Shown: in pieces, positions 37,801-46,117 of the stretch
Numbering within the stretch: position 1 is the stretch's first letter
How the letters are laid out: every line of letters begins with the position of its first letter
IMG/VR virus record: IMGVR_UViG_3300035542_000075
Location: 1-46,407 of that record
From: a virus
Lineage: Duplodnaviria; Caudoviricetes
Direction: 5' to 3' (one strand)
DNA length: 46,407 bases
The notes under the pieces: generated by a model
Seen by the model: the letters and a program-made list of their open reading frames with translations, nothing else
Told to the model about the DNA's origin: nothing
Database searches by the model: none
Made by a program: the position numbers and the translations under genes

Positions 37801-40418
37801 AGATATCCCAGCTTGAGGCAGACCTTATGGGAACTGAAGCTGAACTGCAGGAAACCTCTGATGCTCTTGTGAACAAAACAGGCGAGCTTGAGGCTGTTGA
37901 GCGTAACGTAGGGAAGCTTGAGGATAAGTACCACAACCTCCAGAAAATCAACAAGAAGAACTCTGAACGCAAGCGAATGTACAAGCGTCTCAATGCACTC
38001 AAGAAGAAACGCATCGAGGCAATGAAAATCAAGCAGACATTGGACAGGGCGAACAGGACTATCAAGAATATTGCCTCCAGCAAGAGCAACACCAATGATG
38101 CAAAAATCATGGACAGGCTGAACAAGACCTTGGAGATTCTCTACGCTTCCTCCGGTGAGGAGTTGTCTGCTGAATTTGAAGCACGAAAGATCGGCATACA
38201 GGACATTCCCTCCCAGCTTATGCCTTTCTTTGAGTTTGTGGATGATGGCGTATATGCGCAGAACCCTGCAAAGGGAATGGATATCCGTACCGTTGTTGCT
38301 CTCAGGAATGCTGCCTCAGACGTAAGAAGTGAAGCAAAGTATGAAAAGACCATGAGGGATGAAGCACTTAAGCGTGAGACCTTCAAGATTGCCAATGAAT
38401 ACCTTGCAACGAACAATAACAAGAGCTTCGAGAATATCGAGGAATTCAGGGAATTCATGGCAAAAGAGAAGCTAAAGGGATCGACAGATAAGGAAGGCAA
38501 CAAGGCCCTGAGCTTCTTTGAACGCAACTTCATTACCATGAACCGGCTCATTGACAAGCTTGACCCTGCACAAAAGACCCTTAAGCCATTCATCTTTGGT
38601 GGTATTGACGGTAATGGCGTATTCCATAGAGGGATCGAGGGTGTCTTGGATGATGAGAAGCGTGAGGAGTACAATCGATACCAAGCAGCCAAGAAGGTAA
38701 TGAAGGAGCTGGAGATAGATAAGGACAGCCTCCTGAAAAAACATGTCACCCTTAAGCTTGATACAAAGACAGGCAAGAAAGGAAAAGAGGAGACTGTGAC
38801 CAGAGACTTCACCCTTGAGGAAGCAATCGGTATCTACATCTATTCAAAGCAACCGGACGCATTGGAAAAGCTTACTTCCCCTGACGGGAACAAGCTTGTT
38901 ATTGAGCGTGACGAGGATGGAAACATAATCAGGGATGACGTGGAGACTGTAGTCAACAGCCTTACTGACAAGCAGAAGCAGTTCGGGGACTGGCTGATGA
39001 ATGACATGGGTAGCAGGTACAACGAGGTTGCCGATGTTTATTACAAGATAAACAACAAGTCCCTTGAGAAGATTGCCAATTACTTCCCCCTCATTCGTAC
39101 CGGTGAGCATATTTCCTTCAGTGACCTGATGGAAGACCAATACCTGAACATGCAGGAAACTCCAGAAGACAGCATGACTCGCAAGAGAACCGGAGGGGAC
39201 TATCCTCTCCAGCTCAATGCACTCTCGATCTGGAACAAAATGGTCTCCAAACAGGAACATTACATTGCAGGAGCAGAGTTCTTCCACAAGACCAATTGGC
39301 TGATGCACAAGAATGGTGGGGACATGTACAATCTCATTGCCATGAATGCAGGGAAGGACTACGCTACCGCACTGCAGGACTTCCTAAATCGGGTGGCAAA
39401 CAAGCGATACATCTACGATGATGCAGACACCATGATTAACAGGGTAAGAGCGAACATGGTTGTTGCAAGGCTTGGATTCAACATTCTCACTACGCTCAAG
39501 CAGCTTCCAGCTTTCGGCCTGTTTGCACAGCAATTTGGTGTAGGAAGACTCTTCGAGGCGATTGCTCACATGTCCTCCGACTACAAGGGAACCAGTGAGT
39601 TTATCTATGACAAGTCTCCTCAGATGAGAGGACACAGCATGTCGATAGACTTCTCTTCCTTCACCCAAATGGAAACCAAGACAGAGTTTGGCAGGAAAGT
39701 GAAGAAAATTGGTGAGGTGGGTATGACTCCCATCCAATTCATCGATGGATTCATCAAGAAGACTCTGTGGTACGGTGCATACCAGAACAACATTGCAAAC
39801 GGCATGACCGATGAACAGGCTTCGATGGAAGCGACCAAGTGGATCAATGACACTCAACCAGGGGGTACGACAAAAGACTCTGCTGCCATCTATGATACGA
39901 ACAGCACCATTGTGAAATACCTGCTGATGTTCACGAACCAGCTCAACAAGAACATGAATATTGTTTATGACATTCCGTATGCCATAAAGAATAAGATGTA
40001 TGAGAAAGCGTTCAAGAACATGGTTGGGCTTGGAATTTCTCTAGCCGGAATTGTTGCACTGGAAGGCGGCTTCGATGATGAGGATGACGATGACAAGATG
40101 TGGGATGATCTGCTGAGGAATTTCTCCTCACAGTTTATCTCCATGTTCCCTGTCATTGGCCCGGATGTGTCGGATATCGTGATGGATAGGTATTATAGCG
40201 ACAGTGGTATGCCGCTTGTCTCCGAGGTGTATAGCTTCACCAAGGCAATCGGTAGCGGTGATAGAGATAGAATTATTGATAGGAGTGTCAGTCTCGGACT
40301 AGGTGGTGCAGAGTTTGTAGGACTCCCCTCCGGGCAGACTAAGAAAATTTGGGATGCGTTCACTGAAGATGGAAAGGTCAATCTCTGGTATCTGCTCGGG
40401 AGGGACTTTGTGGAATGA
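31842..40418 (+). CDS. Giant polyvalent ejection protein (zincin/MPTase, putative RNase-like and HhH glycosylase-like domains)
   Basis: 2858 aa; VVHEMGH at 34020-34040; INHIIREHG; LSPQKDW...KVRNFYNN...VTIDTH; C-terminal NYFP...TQ...MF.NQ region as in podovirus large ejection proteins. Confidence 0.8.
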   Translation: MFNFTVQYDEKKWLEMEEQIHNVYSNHPDPRSAEAAYSVSNIISDAFPNINKKEAMRNSQKIIKNFTGYELDTQNFMTEFVNTMKAQKSDLDVSMTFSKAMLEAQRSGVDSEAYKQKIHEAIEEMGSQKLPYRNDFKDMSLFTDLLVESGRIVPSMIPTMGMYIAGGALSTVTGGASLLAAKAGSSIYSGMMEAGSVAKDLFQVKDEEGNRLSDEYILSAWSLTMAGVGALNLVTDGFEKVTGGIANKVAGKIFSKQATKELVKSGAVKKWGQRIATDYLGKGITGEAAEEAIEELIGMASSNYIMKHSNETEGTLFEGHSKEDIIKAMAQTAVSTAKGMILTGLPSATISTIQEYNASDTALKRNANRFSEFNENSAAVSIDTIKVPSGVKETDVKKASEPIKVIQIGDLFKPLDEAHAGLVAGLKKKGAKALNVEVAETSSEFTKESVQSARSFARANEAVEKNGVVVFGDTETMQKKARDYALNQKSVVGYHENENEIIIDREEDGITHSLILRTDEGVKEAVQSKPVPSAPEPTETVLDESEETTQETEPEPTESELYEEEALLNEEEMSLDKQETVEPEQVVKKQYNHYNRTLQRKGAKPEEVEFLNKTILPQIHDTIKQQSPNMTEEEIYKLSIPSTYFAFVASKVAKTDVNTFFNENFNAQPFIALSMEQEADFLSSSEGIASTEVQIGKSAKPLLNGLTYKKGNKHQIGLAKGFTPTTVVHEMGHVLVNVIKDTEQFAPFLNVYASQLEQDGGSIGTHFQEAFAKDLEQYFIDGKVRDSSLGTIFKEIGQAIRDFLGLISPQLDRETRIAFDRLFDFKLEQESKAEQETTVEATKAPQLQLDLFGEPNEVVDTLAKISNRGYWHLEELISNYNGSLEKSGVDYDWDNQKTIAPHWFWFNRLKYKRNADGKIFKLNDGEVRMSSRNINHIIREHGKDGVNIFHVSRIAQELANPVMVIKSPSNNDINKDGPLFVTRYYVEHRGEMQPLLIAVRNYFDYPDGKDGIAVDNGITVNSMYPWKPEMNGGKSLDEYALEGNILAINSRAFGKESREHIGNVKSDILEERIKTRPVENAHTLLRSVPDITTLASEQKILDIKPFVNKQNMEDVFDNRIPTPENPVYIDLATKESDQVLASIRRDVEIYSEEMSRIGALDEDYAKTYNIEESSYEFGTTNPKAKKRNIDPVKEKSSINMDYVMKHRKTAKGIDIVQKMADVIDGYEWFNKGRLRNPEKIVQKFKDFAKDNLRALYDMVDEEVREQTRRWYIGANRIARRWSIEYGRPIESISAAIANLSPQKDWFQNVSLAQRLMDIVSNIDSIEWDDSMSEAVRIGNPDAIAVYLPQVDKSGNTSYENYNITKYISGKSLKQLVAELESEVYTDEQIQEVSLSKTKTTKDEETNKKIKIYALRAERQKRVAAWIRLYDETHNPKSYNFVGMDGTFGDTVKDQNGEEKKVAWGSFSEIASSFIAFTNSDPETLSSSLGTGHKVRNFYNNILIPMSKRGYVTIDTHAVAASLMMPVAGTSYEVKHNFGTGEKGMINPSSNGADGIYGTYPIYAQAYIEVAEELGLLPRELQSITWEAIRKLFTEDYKNESTLKNAREKWKSYFENGGDNDETRQQIIQDANEKMGRGRTVREQINAGYGVSTDAVVRESSYERTLPLKLIRDQQRRRSGSGDRIGTPLGLSEPRDERALGGNGRADNQGFAGVRTDLEDETLASISRDVDLDTTKRSLENHYYVPDSTLKALEGDPDVDWEIQFRRIMLQDPTIFKTFQRALKTVENELDGEQEVTAEAVLKVLEENHSEETFTAMKDEVRDPERFVERLIWQSRFEGATKADRNFSKKLTDKEYLLEVVRTLLKNSDMGSIHNDLPSEFYSLDYAFANKKDTEYRYKEARKAIRNDLRRYRRDFYKHKGMLPQLSYEKTVEGTYLDEGVEVEAFGNEELRKLLEAKDTDPVVKEMIRKNLATGDVVETLVNTTREQISQLEADLMGTEAELQETSDALVNKTGELEAVERNVGKLEDKYHNLQKINKKNSERKRMYKRLNALKKKRIEAMKIKQTLDRANRTIKNIASSKSNTNDAKIMDRLNKTLEILYASSGEELSAEFEARKIGIQDIPSQLMPFFEFVDDGVYAQNPAKGMDIRTVVALRNAASDVRSEAKYEKTMRDEALKRETFKIANEYLATNNNKSFENIEEFREFMAKEKLKGSTDKEGNKALSFFERNFITMNRLIDKLDPAQKTLKPFIFGGIDGNGVFHRGIEGVLDDEKREEYNRYQAAKKVMKELEIDKDSLLKKHVTLKLDTKTGKKGKEETVTRDFTLEEAIGIYIYSKQPDALEKLTSPDGNKLVIERDEDGNIIRDDVETVVNSLTDKQKQFGDWLMNDMGSRYNEVADVYYKINNKSLEKIANYFPLIRTGEHISFSDLMEDQYLNMQETPEDSMTRKRTGGDYPLQLNALSIWNKMVSKQEHYIAGAEFFHKTNWLMHKNGGDMYNLIAMNAGKDYATALQDFLNRVANKRYIYDDADTMINRVRANMVVARLGFNILTTLKQLPAFGLFAQQFGVGRLFEAIAHMSSDYKGTSEFIYDKSPQMRGHSMSIDFSSFTQMETKTEFGRKVKKIGEVGMTPIQFIDGFIKKTLWYGAYQNNIANGMTDEQASMEATKWINDTQPGGTTKDSAAIYDTNSTIVKYLLMFTNQLNKNMNIVYDIPYAIKNKMYEKAFKNMVGLGISLAGIVALEGGFDDEDDDDKMWDDLLRNFSSQFISMFPVIGPDVSDIVMDRYYSDSGMPLVSEVYSFTKAIGSGDRDRIIDRSVSLGLGGAEFVGLPSGQTKKIWDAFTEDGKVNLWYLLGRDFVE
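36697..36993 (+). CDS. Nested +1-frame small acidic protein inside the polyvalent gene
   Basis: G-rich SD-like run before ATGATG; folded-looking sequence (PLTRERYLLNSYG...GAEIESELPWDFQ) while the main frame is a low-complexity R/G linker. Confidence 0.5.
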   Translation: MMKQDNKSSKTPTRKWEEEELLESRLMQDMEFQLMLLYESPLTRERYLLNSYGINNEEEVGAEIESELPWDFQNPETREPWEETEEPTIRDLQEYGLI

Positions 40419-40507
40419 AACAACCATTCTCACTTGCTTAATCTTAATGATGTGTTCATACTATCTGTGTTTTAACTATCACATAAAATGTAATAAGGAT
40501 TCATGGA

Positions 40508-41662
40508 ATGGATTTTACTCATATCGATTGCTTTAGCGGTGTTGGGGGCTTTTGCACTGGATTGAAAGCAGCAGGTTTCCATACTTTAAATGCTATTGAG
40601 AAAGTCAAATCGTGTGTAGAAAGCTACGGCAAGAACCATCCAGAAGTTAATATCATACACAGTGATATCAGAAAGGTACAAAAATCCGATTTAATTGGAT
40701 TGGATAAACCAGTTGATTTAGTTACTTCTGGAATGCCCTGTGAAACATTCAGTACAGCAGGTGCAACTTCAAGAAGCTTTTATGATGATAGGCAATTCTT
40801 ATTTCAAGAAGGGATAAGGATTGCAAAGATGGCAAATGCAAGGATTATCCTGTTTGAGAATGTTCCTGCTATCTTAACAAAAAAAGTAGAAAAGCATGGA
40901 AACCGTTTAATAGTCGACGAATTGTTTAAAGACCTCGATGAAGCCGGTTACACTAATCATATCTATACTGTTTTAAATTCTGCCGATTTTGGAGTACCCC
41001 AATTACGTGAGCGATTTTTTGTGTTGGCATCACAAGAGAATTTGAGCCTTAGTTTTCCTAATGGTCACCAAAAAGAGTATGTATCAGTACAAGAAGCAAT
41101 CGCAGACTTACCTAAAGTTGAAGTAAATTCAATGATTGAGGGAATTCACTATGAAAATAGAAATAATGCATATACGAAATTAATGAGAGACCCTGACTTC
41201 TGGAAGTTAAGTCATAATAATATTTTGACATATCACTTACCCCCAAACCATAGAACTGGAACATTAGAGCGTTTTTCTTATATCAAACCTGGAAAGGGAT
41301 TAAAGGATTTGTTCATGGATTTGCCAAAAGAAAAAGTTGAAGAACTCCAAAGAAAACGAGTTCTTCCAAAAAAGTGGTATATCCAACGCAATAGAAGGCT
41401 TCAGGCAAATTTGCCATCTGTTACAGTAACCTCCCATTGTATTGATGAGCTAATTCATCCTTTCGAAGACAGGAGCCTAACCGTACGGGAAGTAGCTAGA
41501 TTACAGAGTTTTCCTGATTCATACGATTTTTTTGGAGGTCCTTATATTTGTCCCCATATCTATGAAGAGCAAGATAAATATGAACAGATAGGAGATGCCG
41601 TTCCTCCTCTCTTAGCATATGCACTTGGCAAGCATATTATTAGTATTCTGGAGGATAAGTAG
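40508..41662 (+). CDS. C5 cytosine DNA methyltransferase of a type II R-M pair
   Basis: Motif I FSGVGG, IV GMPCETFS, VI ENV, VIII QLRERFF, IX REVARLQSFPD, X QIGDAVPP. Confidence 0.96.
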   Translation: MDFTHIDCFSGVGGFCTGLKAAGFHTLNAIEKVKSCVESYGKNHPEVNIIHSDIRKVQKSDLIGLDKPVDLVTSGMPCETFSTAGATSRSFYDDRQFLFQEGIRIAKMANARIILFENVPAILTKKVEKHGNRLIVDELFKDLDEAGYTNHIYTVLNSADFGVPQLRERFFVLASQENLSLSFPNGHQKEYVSVQEAIADLPKVEVNSMIEGIHYENRNNAYTKLMRDPDFWKLSHNNILTYHLPPNHRTGTLERFSYIKPGKGLKDLFMDLPKEKVEELQRKRVLPKKWYIQRNRRLQANLPSVTVTSHCIDELIHPFEDRSLTVREVARLQSFPDSYDFFGGPYICPHIYEEQDKYEQIGDAVPPLLAYALGKHIISILEDK

Positions 41663-41663
41663 A

Positions 41664-42473
41664 ATGAGCTACCTAAACTTTTGTGCTGATAGATATAATT
41701 ATCACTATGATGCAGAGCTTCAAGAATCTGGAGATGAACGTAAAGCTCAACATGAAGCAATAAAAAATTCTACAATTGAAGCACTAGAAAAATATAACAC
41801 TATCGAACCAAGTGAAATTTGGAAAACAATTTACGCAATTCATGTGAACAGGAAATCAGGTATTAGTAACAAAGAAATCATTGATGCCGTAATTTCTTCA
41901 GATAATAGCTGGAAAAAATCAAGTGGACATGCCTTTGAAGAAATGGTGAAAATTCTGGGTAGTGCCGCTCTGGCTGAAAATAACATTCAAATAATTCTTC
42001 AAAAAGACCTTAGCCTTCTTATAAAAAACAAGGCACTTGCAAATGAAGTTAGAGACATTAGTTGGTTGAAAGAACAAATATTGCAATCCACTTTCGATTT
42101 ATATGCAACTGTAAGTAAAAATGATGATTGTTATGTCTTTGGCTGCATTCAGAGTAAAACAAGCATCCGAGACCGTGTATCACGTGACCGTGAACCATCG
42201 ATTCAAGCGATGAGCGCTTTCTTCTGGAGTATAGCAATCGTTCTTGATGGTGAATTTTTAAAAAATGAAAAATTCAAAAATATGGTAAACGGTGGAACTC
42301 AAAGTTATCCAACAAATGGGTGGCATGGGCTGTATGTATTTTCAGATAAATATTCAAACGGACGTATTTACCCAACAAATATCAAGATGGATAATTTGGT
42401 TGACCATGCAATTAAAGCTTCACAATACTGGCTAACTCAACGTCAGTGGTTTAACAGTCAATGGAAAGCGTAG
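41664..42473 (+). CDS. Type II restriction endonuclease (BsaWI/CCGG-family-like)
   Basis: SWKKSSGHAFEE, FDLY, QSKTSIRDR resemble the KxSxRER family motif; 1 nt after the MTase stop. Confidence 0.78.
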   Translation: MSYLNFCADRYNYHYDAELQESGDERKAQHEAIKNSTIEALEKYNTIEPSEIWKTIYAIHVNRKSGISNKEIIDAVISSDNSWKKSSGHAFEEMVKILGSAALAENNIQIILQKDLSLLIKNKALANEVRDISWLKEQILQSTFDLYATVSKNDDCYVFGCIQSKTSIRDRVSRDREPSIQAMSAFFWSIAIVLDGEFLKNEKFKNMVNGGTQSYPTNGWHGLYVFSDKYSNGRIYPTNIKMDNLVDHAIKASQYWLTQRQWFNSQWKA

Positions 42474-42496
42474 ATTTTTTGGTAATATAGAATCAA

Positions 42497-43102
42497 TCAA
42501 AACTCCTTTTTGCTTTCAATATCGCTGCATCTATAATGAAAAGGTTTTTCATTTAACCAATTGATATAATGAATCGACTGTTCTTCGAATTGCTCCCATG
42601 AGAGCTGGCCATCGCTAACTTGATAGAGCAATTCTTCGACACTATCAGCTCTAGAATCATTAAATCCTTTGCTCATGAAAAGCTCGTGAAGTAAAGTTCG
42701 TGATTCAGCTTTCGATCCAGCTATCAAGTCCTTCCATCTGATTAAGAACTGCTTTACTGCCTTGACATGGACTTCTAAAGCAATCTCCTCTCTCCCTAGT
42801 TTTGTGAATTTTCCCAATCCATTCGCTTTAAATATCTCATAAATCGTCGCATCTTTTTTGATTTCAGGATATCTCCACTCGGTTCCCTCTGCAAAAGAAA
42901 GGATTTTAGATAAATCATATAGGAGAGGGTAGAATATCTCTATAACATCTTCATCTTTTAGTAGATCAGGATACTTCTCTTGAAAAGAGTCATGGAGATA
43001 TCCAAGCTCTTCCGCCACATGTTCAATTTTCTCACTAAGCCAAGCTGACATTTCATAAGGATACTGGCTAGACCTGATTTCGATTTTTTTTGGCTTTTCC
43101 AT
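42497..43102 (-). CDS. Hypothetical moron protein
   Basis: SD GGAGG; AT-rich stand-alone gene. Confidence 0.7.
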   Translation of the reverse strand: MEKPKKIEIRSSQYPYEMSAWLSEKIEHVAEELGYLHDSFQEKYPDLLKDEDVIEIFYPLLYDLSKILSFAEGTEWRYPEIKKDATIYEIFKANGLGKFTKLGREEIALEVHVKAVKQFLIRWKDLIAGSKAESRTLLHELFMSKGFNDSRADSVEELLYQVSDGQLSWEQFEEQSIHYINWLNEKPFHYRCSDIESKKEF

Positions 43103-43327
43103 TGACGCAACCTCCCCATGATTATGTACTTTTACATTATTACAAGAAAACTCATTTATCCATTATTTTACGAGAAATATCTTGAAATTTGGTTTCTAGG
43201 GATTAAAAAGAGGAAATACAGTCAGCTATAGATGACAGCAATTTTGCTGAAATATTTTCTGCATAGGTCAAATATGCGAGTAGTTTTTTAACTATAACAG
43301 GGAAATTGGTACCTGATGGATAACAAG

Positions 43328-43948
43328 TTACACTTCTCTTGGAAGGCGTCCACCATTCTCATAAAACTGGTGGGCAAAATTGTCAATCCTTTCTACTTCT
43401 GCTTTGATTTCTGAAAAGGAGAATTCGGTATCAAAAAGAATCATTTTCTCATTCTGAGGATCAACCATCTTGAAATAGTGAGTTTGAACGCCCTGTTCTT
43501 TATTTGCAGTGTCCATAAAACTATAAGGAATCCAAATACCAAAACTATTATCGCTCAAGAAGAAGGAATCCATATGTTCATCGAGATGCTCGAAATAATT
43601 ACGCAAAGCACGATTACTTAGTGGGGAGTCATCTTTTACAGAAAAAGCATTCCTTAATTTCTTGCCCCTCGCTTTTGCAAGTGGATTCATATTCTTTTCT
43701 TTTGTATATGAGGGCCAAAAGAACCTACTTATTTCTGCTGCATACGATAATGCTTGTTGAAGAGATGAAATTATCTCAGGGAGATTTTTTCTCGGAAGCA
43801 AAGATTCATACCTAGAGAAACAATTTAGACAAGCCTGTGATGAATATATGATAGAAATTATATAACAGACCTCTGTGCATGGAAGAATCCCTCCAAAACT
43901 ATTGACCACTTTAGTAATTCTCTCGTTTTCTGAAAATTTTTCATTCAT
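43328..43948 (-). CDS. Hypothetical moron protein with HEPN-like RxxxxH motif
   Basis: LRNYFEHLDE in a helical 206-aa protein; SD GAGGGG; AT-rich. Confidence 0.6.
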   Translation of the reverse strand: MNEKFSENERITKVVNSFGGILPCTEVCYIISIIYSSQACLNCFSRYESLLPRKNLPEIISSLQQALSYAAEISRFFWPSYTKEKNMNPLAKARGKKLRNAFSVKDDSPLSNRALRNYFEHLDEHMDSFFLSDNSFGIWIPYSFMDTANKEQGVQTHYFKMVDPQNEKMILFDTEFSFSEIKAEVERIDNFAHQFYENGGRLPREV

Positions 43949-44010
43949 ATTTTCCCCTCATTAGTTTCTTTATAAGTAGTCTTAATGGTACTATACCACA
44001 ATGAGTTAGA

Positions 44011-44319
44011 TTAATAGTTAAGGATTTTTACAATAGTTTGATAGTAATTTGTTTGGGTATCAATAATCCACTCAAGTTGCTGTGAATATCCATCCATCAA
44101 TGATAAATTAGTCGTTAGAGCCTTTATCGCTCCACTTTGATCGGATGGCACATTGACAAGCTTTGGAATTGATGGCCGAGATATTTCGAATTTAGGAATA
44201 TCGTAGCTTTTAATATCCGGGACTGTTTGGCAACTTGTGCCTAGTATTAAATTCATCAACAATAGTATTAGCAATAGAGATGACTTCCTCGTTCGTTTGT
44301 GCTTTTTCAATCTTGGCAT
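44011..44319 (-). CDS. o-spanin (Rz1-like lipoprotein)
   Basis: Basic N-region, hydrophobic stretch and lipobox ILGTSC; Pro-rich; overlaps the i-spanin 3' end in another frame. Confidence 0.75.
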   Translation of the reverse strand: MPRLKKHKRTRKSSLLLILLLMNLILGTSCQTVPDIKSYDIPKFEISRPSIPKLVNVPSDQSGAIKALTTNLSLMDGYSQQLEWIIDTQTNYYQTIVKILNY

Positions 44320-44545
44320 CCTTTTGTTCCTGCTTTTCCTGGAATATCTGTTTCTGCTCTGCTCCTTTGATTGCAATCTCATGAGCCACTTTATTAGCCT
44401 GAGCCTGCCTCTGTTCGTGTGCAATCTGCTGCTTCTGTTCTACAATTGTCTCTTTCTGCTTCTGGTTCTTGCGTCTCTCAATCCCCAGGAAGAGCAACAG
44501 TACCCCTACAATCGCTCCGAATACCTTTTTGATAAACTTACTCAT
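44210..44545 (-). CDS. i-spanin (Rz-like)
   Basis: Single N-terminal TM helix followed by coiled coil. Confidence 0.72.
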   Translation of the reverse strand: MSKFIKKVFGAIVGVLLLFLGIERRKNQKQKETIVEQKQQIAHEQRQAQANKVAHEIAIKGAEQKQIFQEKQEQKDAKIEKAQTNEEVISIANTIVDEFNTRHKLPNSPGY

Positions 44546-44861
44546 CCCACTCAAACCCCTCTAACACAACGCCCTTGCTCTTCGCATACACTCTCATCAG
44601 AAACTTGATGAACTTCATGTCCACGACGAACTGGAGGGCATATACCACGATGGAGTAATAGATGATGGCAATGTAATGCCCCGGTAAATCGAAGGAGAAA
44701 TATCCCACAGTAGAAAATAGGAAAGACAGCATTGCTGCAATCTTCCAGACCTTGATAGGATCGAATTTATCCTTCTTGATTTTCTTCTTATATGTCTCCA
44801 TGAAGATTGCGATTGCAATAATCACAGGGCCTAGAACCTTTAGGATCAATAACCAATCCAT
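44538..44861 (-). CDS. Putative holin
   Basis: 107 aa with three hydrophobic helices; upstream of the spanins. Confidence 0.62.
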   Translation of the reverse strand: MDWLLILKVLGPVIIAIAIFMETYKKKIKKDKFDPIKVWKIAAMLSFLFSTVGYFSFDLPGHYIAIIYYSIVVYALQFVVDMKFIKFLMRVYAKSKGVVLEGFEWDE

Positions 44862-44862
44862 A

Positions 44863-45162
44863 TCAGCCTCCCATAATCATGCGTACAGTCACTCCGATGA
44901 TGGCTACAATCACGGCGGCAACAAGCCATTTGACTGTACTATAAACACCAGTTTTCCACTTCATCTCAACGGCCTCATCGATCTGCTTGGGGATACTCTC
45001 CTTGAGGTCTTCGATCTTCTTGTCGAGTTGATCCAATTTCTTATCCAATTTATCTATCCCCTCGCCTAAGTGTTCGAACATAAGGCCTACCCTCTCTCCG
45101 AGTCGCTCAATATCCTTCTCATTCTTTATACCCTGTGGGCAGTTCATGAAGCTGTCTTGCAT
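44863..45162 (-). CDS. Coiled-coil protein with C-terminal TM helix (XhlA/holin-like)
   Basis: Heptad repeat then WLVAAVIVAIIGVTV. Confidence 0.62.
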   Translation of the reverse strand: MQDSFMNCPQGIKNEKDIERLGERVGLMFEHLGEGIDKLDKKLDQLDKKIEDLKESIPKQIDEAVEMKWKTGVYSTVKWLVAAVIVAIIGVTVRMIMGG

Positions 45163-45785
45163 GTAACGTCCTCTAAGCTCTCAATGTATCCGTCAATGTG
45201 GTGATGCTTTTTCGGCTTGAAATATCCAAACAAGGCCCTCCTATCTCCGATGTGCTTTGTCTTCGCAACGTGTCTGAACCCCAAAAGCAAAGGCGGCACT
45301 TCAGTGACAATATCGCTACCGTTCACATAGAGTGTTGCACCATGCCACCGTACCCATACTTTCTTGAAGTTATACGCTCCAATCACTCTTGGAGAGCCGA
45401 AAGTCACCAGACGGAGGATGTAACGCTTCTGCGGATAGTTGAACCAGATATCCTCATAGCAGAGTGTTGCCATCGCTCCACCGTAAGACCACCCCATGAC
45501 GGTAATGGGCTTGTCGATATTTGCAGCAGCCTTGAGGAAATCATCATTTATCTTCTTCCATTCATCGAGAAACCCACCGTGAACATAGAATGGTGTAGGC
45601 ATTCGTTTGTAAGGCTTCTTGGGAAAGCTGAAATTGATTTTCCAGTCCGATTGCGAATTGGATGGTGCGAAGACTATCACCACCTCATCGGGGTAGTGGA
45701 TAATCCTGTATTGGGTGTCAGTACCAATGGTGTCCCACTTGGTGATCTGTTTGAAAAGTTGTGCAAGCTCAAGATGTGTTTTCAT
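45144..45785 (-). CDS. Class 3 lipase (alpha/beta hydrolase)
   Basis: VHGGF, GWSYGGA nucleophile elbow, TFGSPRV, DIVTEVPP, HHIDGY. Confidence 0.9.
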   Translation of the reverse strand: MKTHLELAQLFKQITKWDTIGTDTQYRIIHYPDEVVIVFAPSNSQSDWKINFSFPKKPYKRMPTPFYVHGGFLDEWKKINDDFLKAAANIDKPITVMGWSYGGAMATLCYEDIWFNYPQKRYILRLVTFGSPRVIGAYNFKKVWVRWHGATLYVNGSDIVTEVPPLLLGFRHVAKTKHIGDRRALFGYFKPKKHHHIDGYIESLEDVTCKTAS

Positions 45786-45789
45786 TTGA

Positions 45790-46107
45790 TTACCCTATTA
45801 CCTTGAAGAGAAGGCCATTGTCTGAACAATCGAGGTAGGTTTTCTCTTCCCCTGTCACTTCATCCTTGATGGTGTTTGAGAAAACCATGTAGTTGTATGA
45901 GATATACACTGCAGTCTTTGTGATCGTCTGTGTTGGGGTAATCACCGTCACCTCATACACACCCTGAAACAACATCGGGATATCAAACATCTGGACACTC
46001 TTGAGTCCCAGTGAAAGGTTTCCCTCATTCAGGGAGAACCGTGATAGTTCGTGCTCCATCAAGACCTGATCGGCTTTCTTGATAATCATGATGATTTTGT
46101 CTTCCAA
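45790..46107 (-). CDS. Hypothetical tail-associated protein
   Basis: SD AAGGAGAGG then TTG at 46107; the longer ORF-track version overlaps the upstream gene. Confidence 0.55.
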   Translation of the reverse strand: MEDKIIMIIKKADQVLMEHELSRFSLNEGNLSLGLKSVQMFDIPMLFQGVYEVTVITPTQTITKTAVYISYNYMVFSNTIKDEVTGEEKTYLDCSDNGLLFKVIG

Positions 46108-46117
46108 ATTCCTCTCC

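Noticed and set aside
17909-40418. Diversity-generating retroelement, intron or intein in the virion module
   Set aside because: No reverse transcriptase, TR/VR pair or splicing motifs seen; the ORFs are uninterrupted
41664-42473. Assigning a recognition sequence from site avoidance
   Set aside because: TCCGGA and ACCGGT both occur in the prophage, and avoidance cannot be counted reliably by eye
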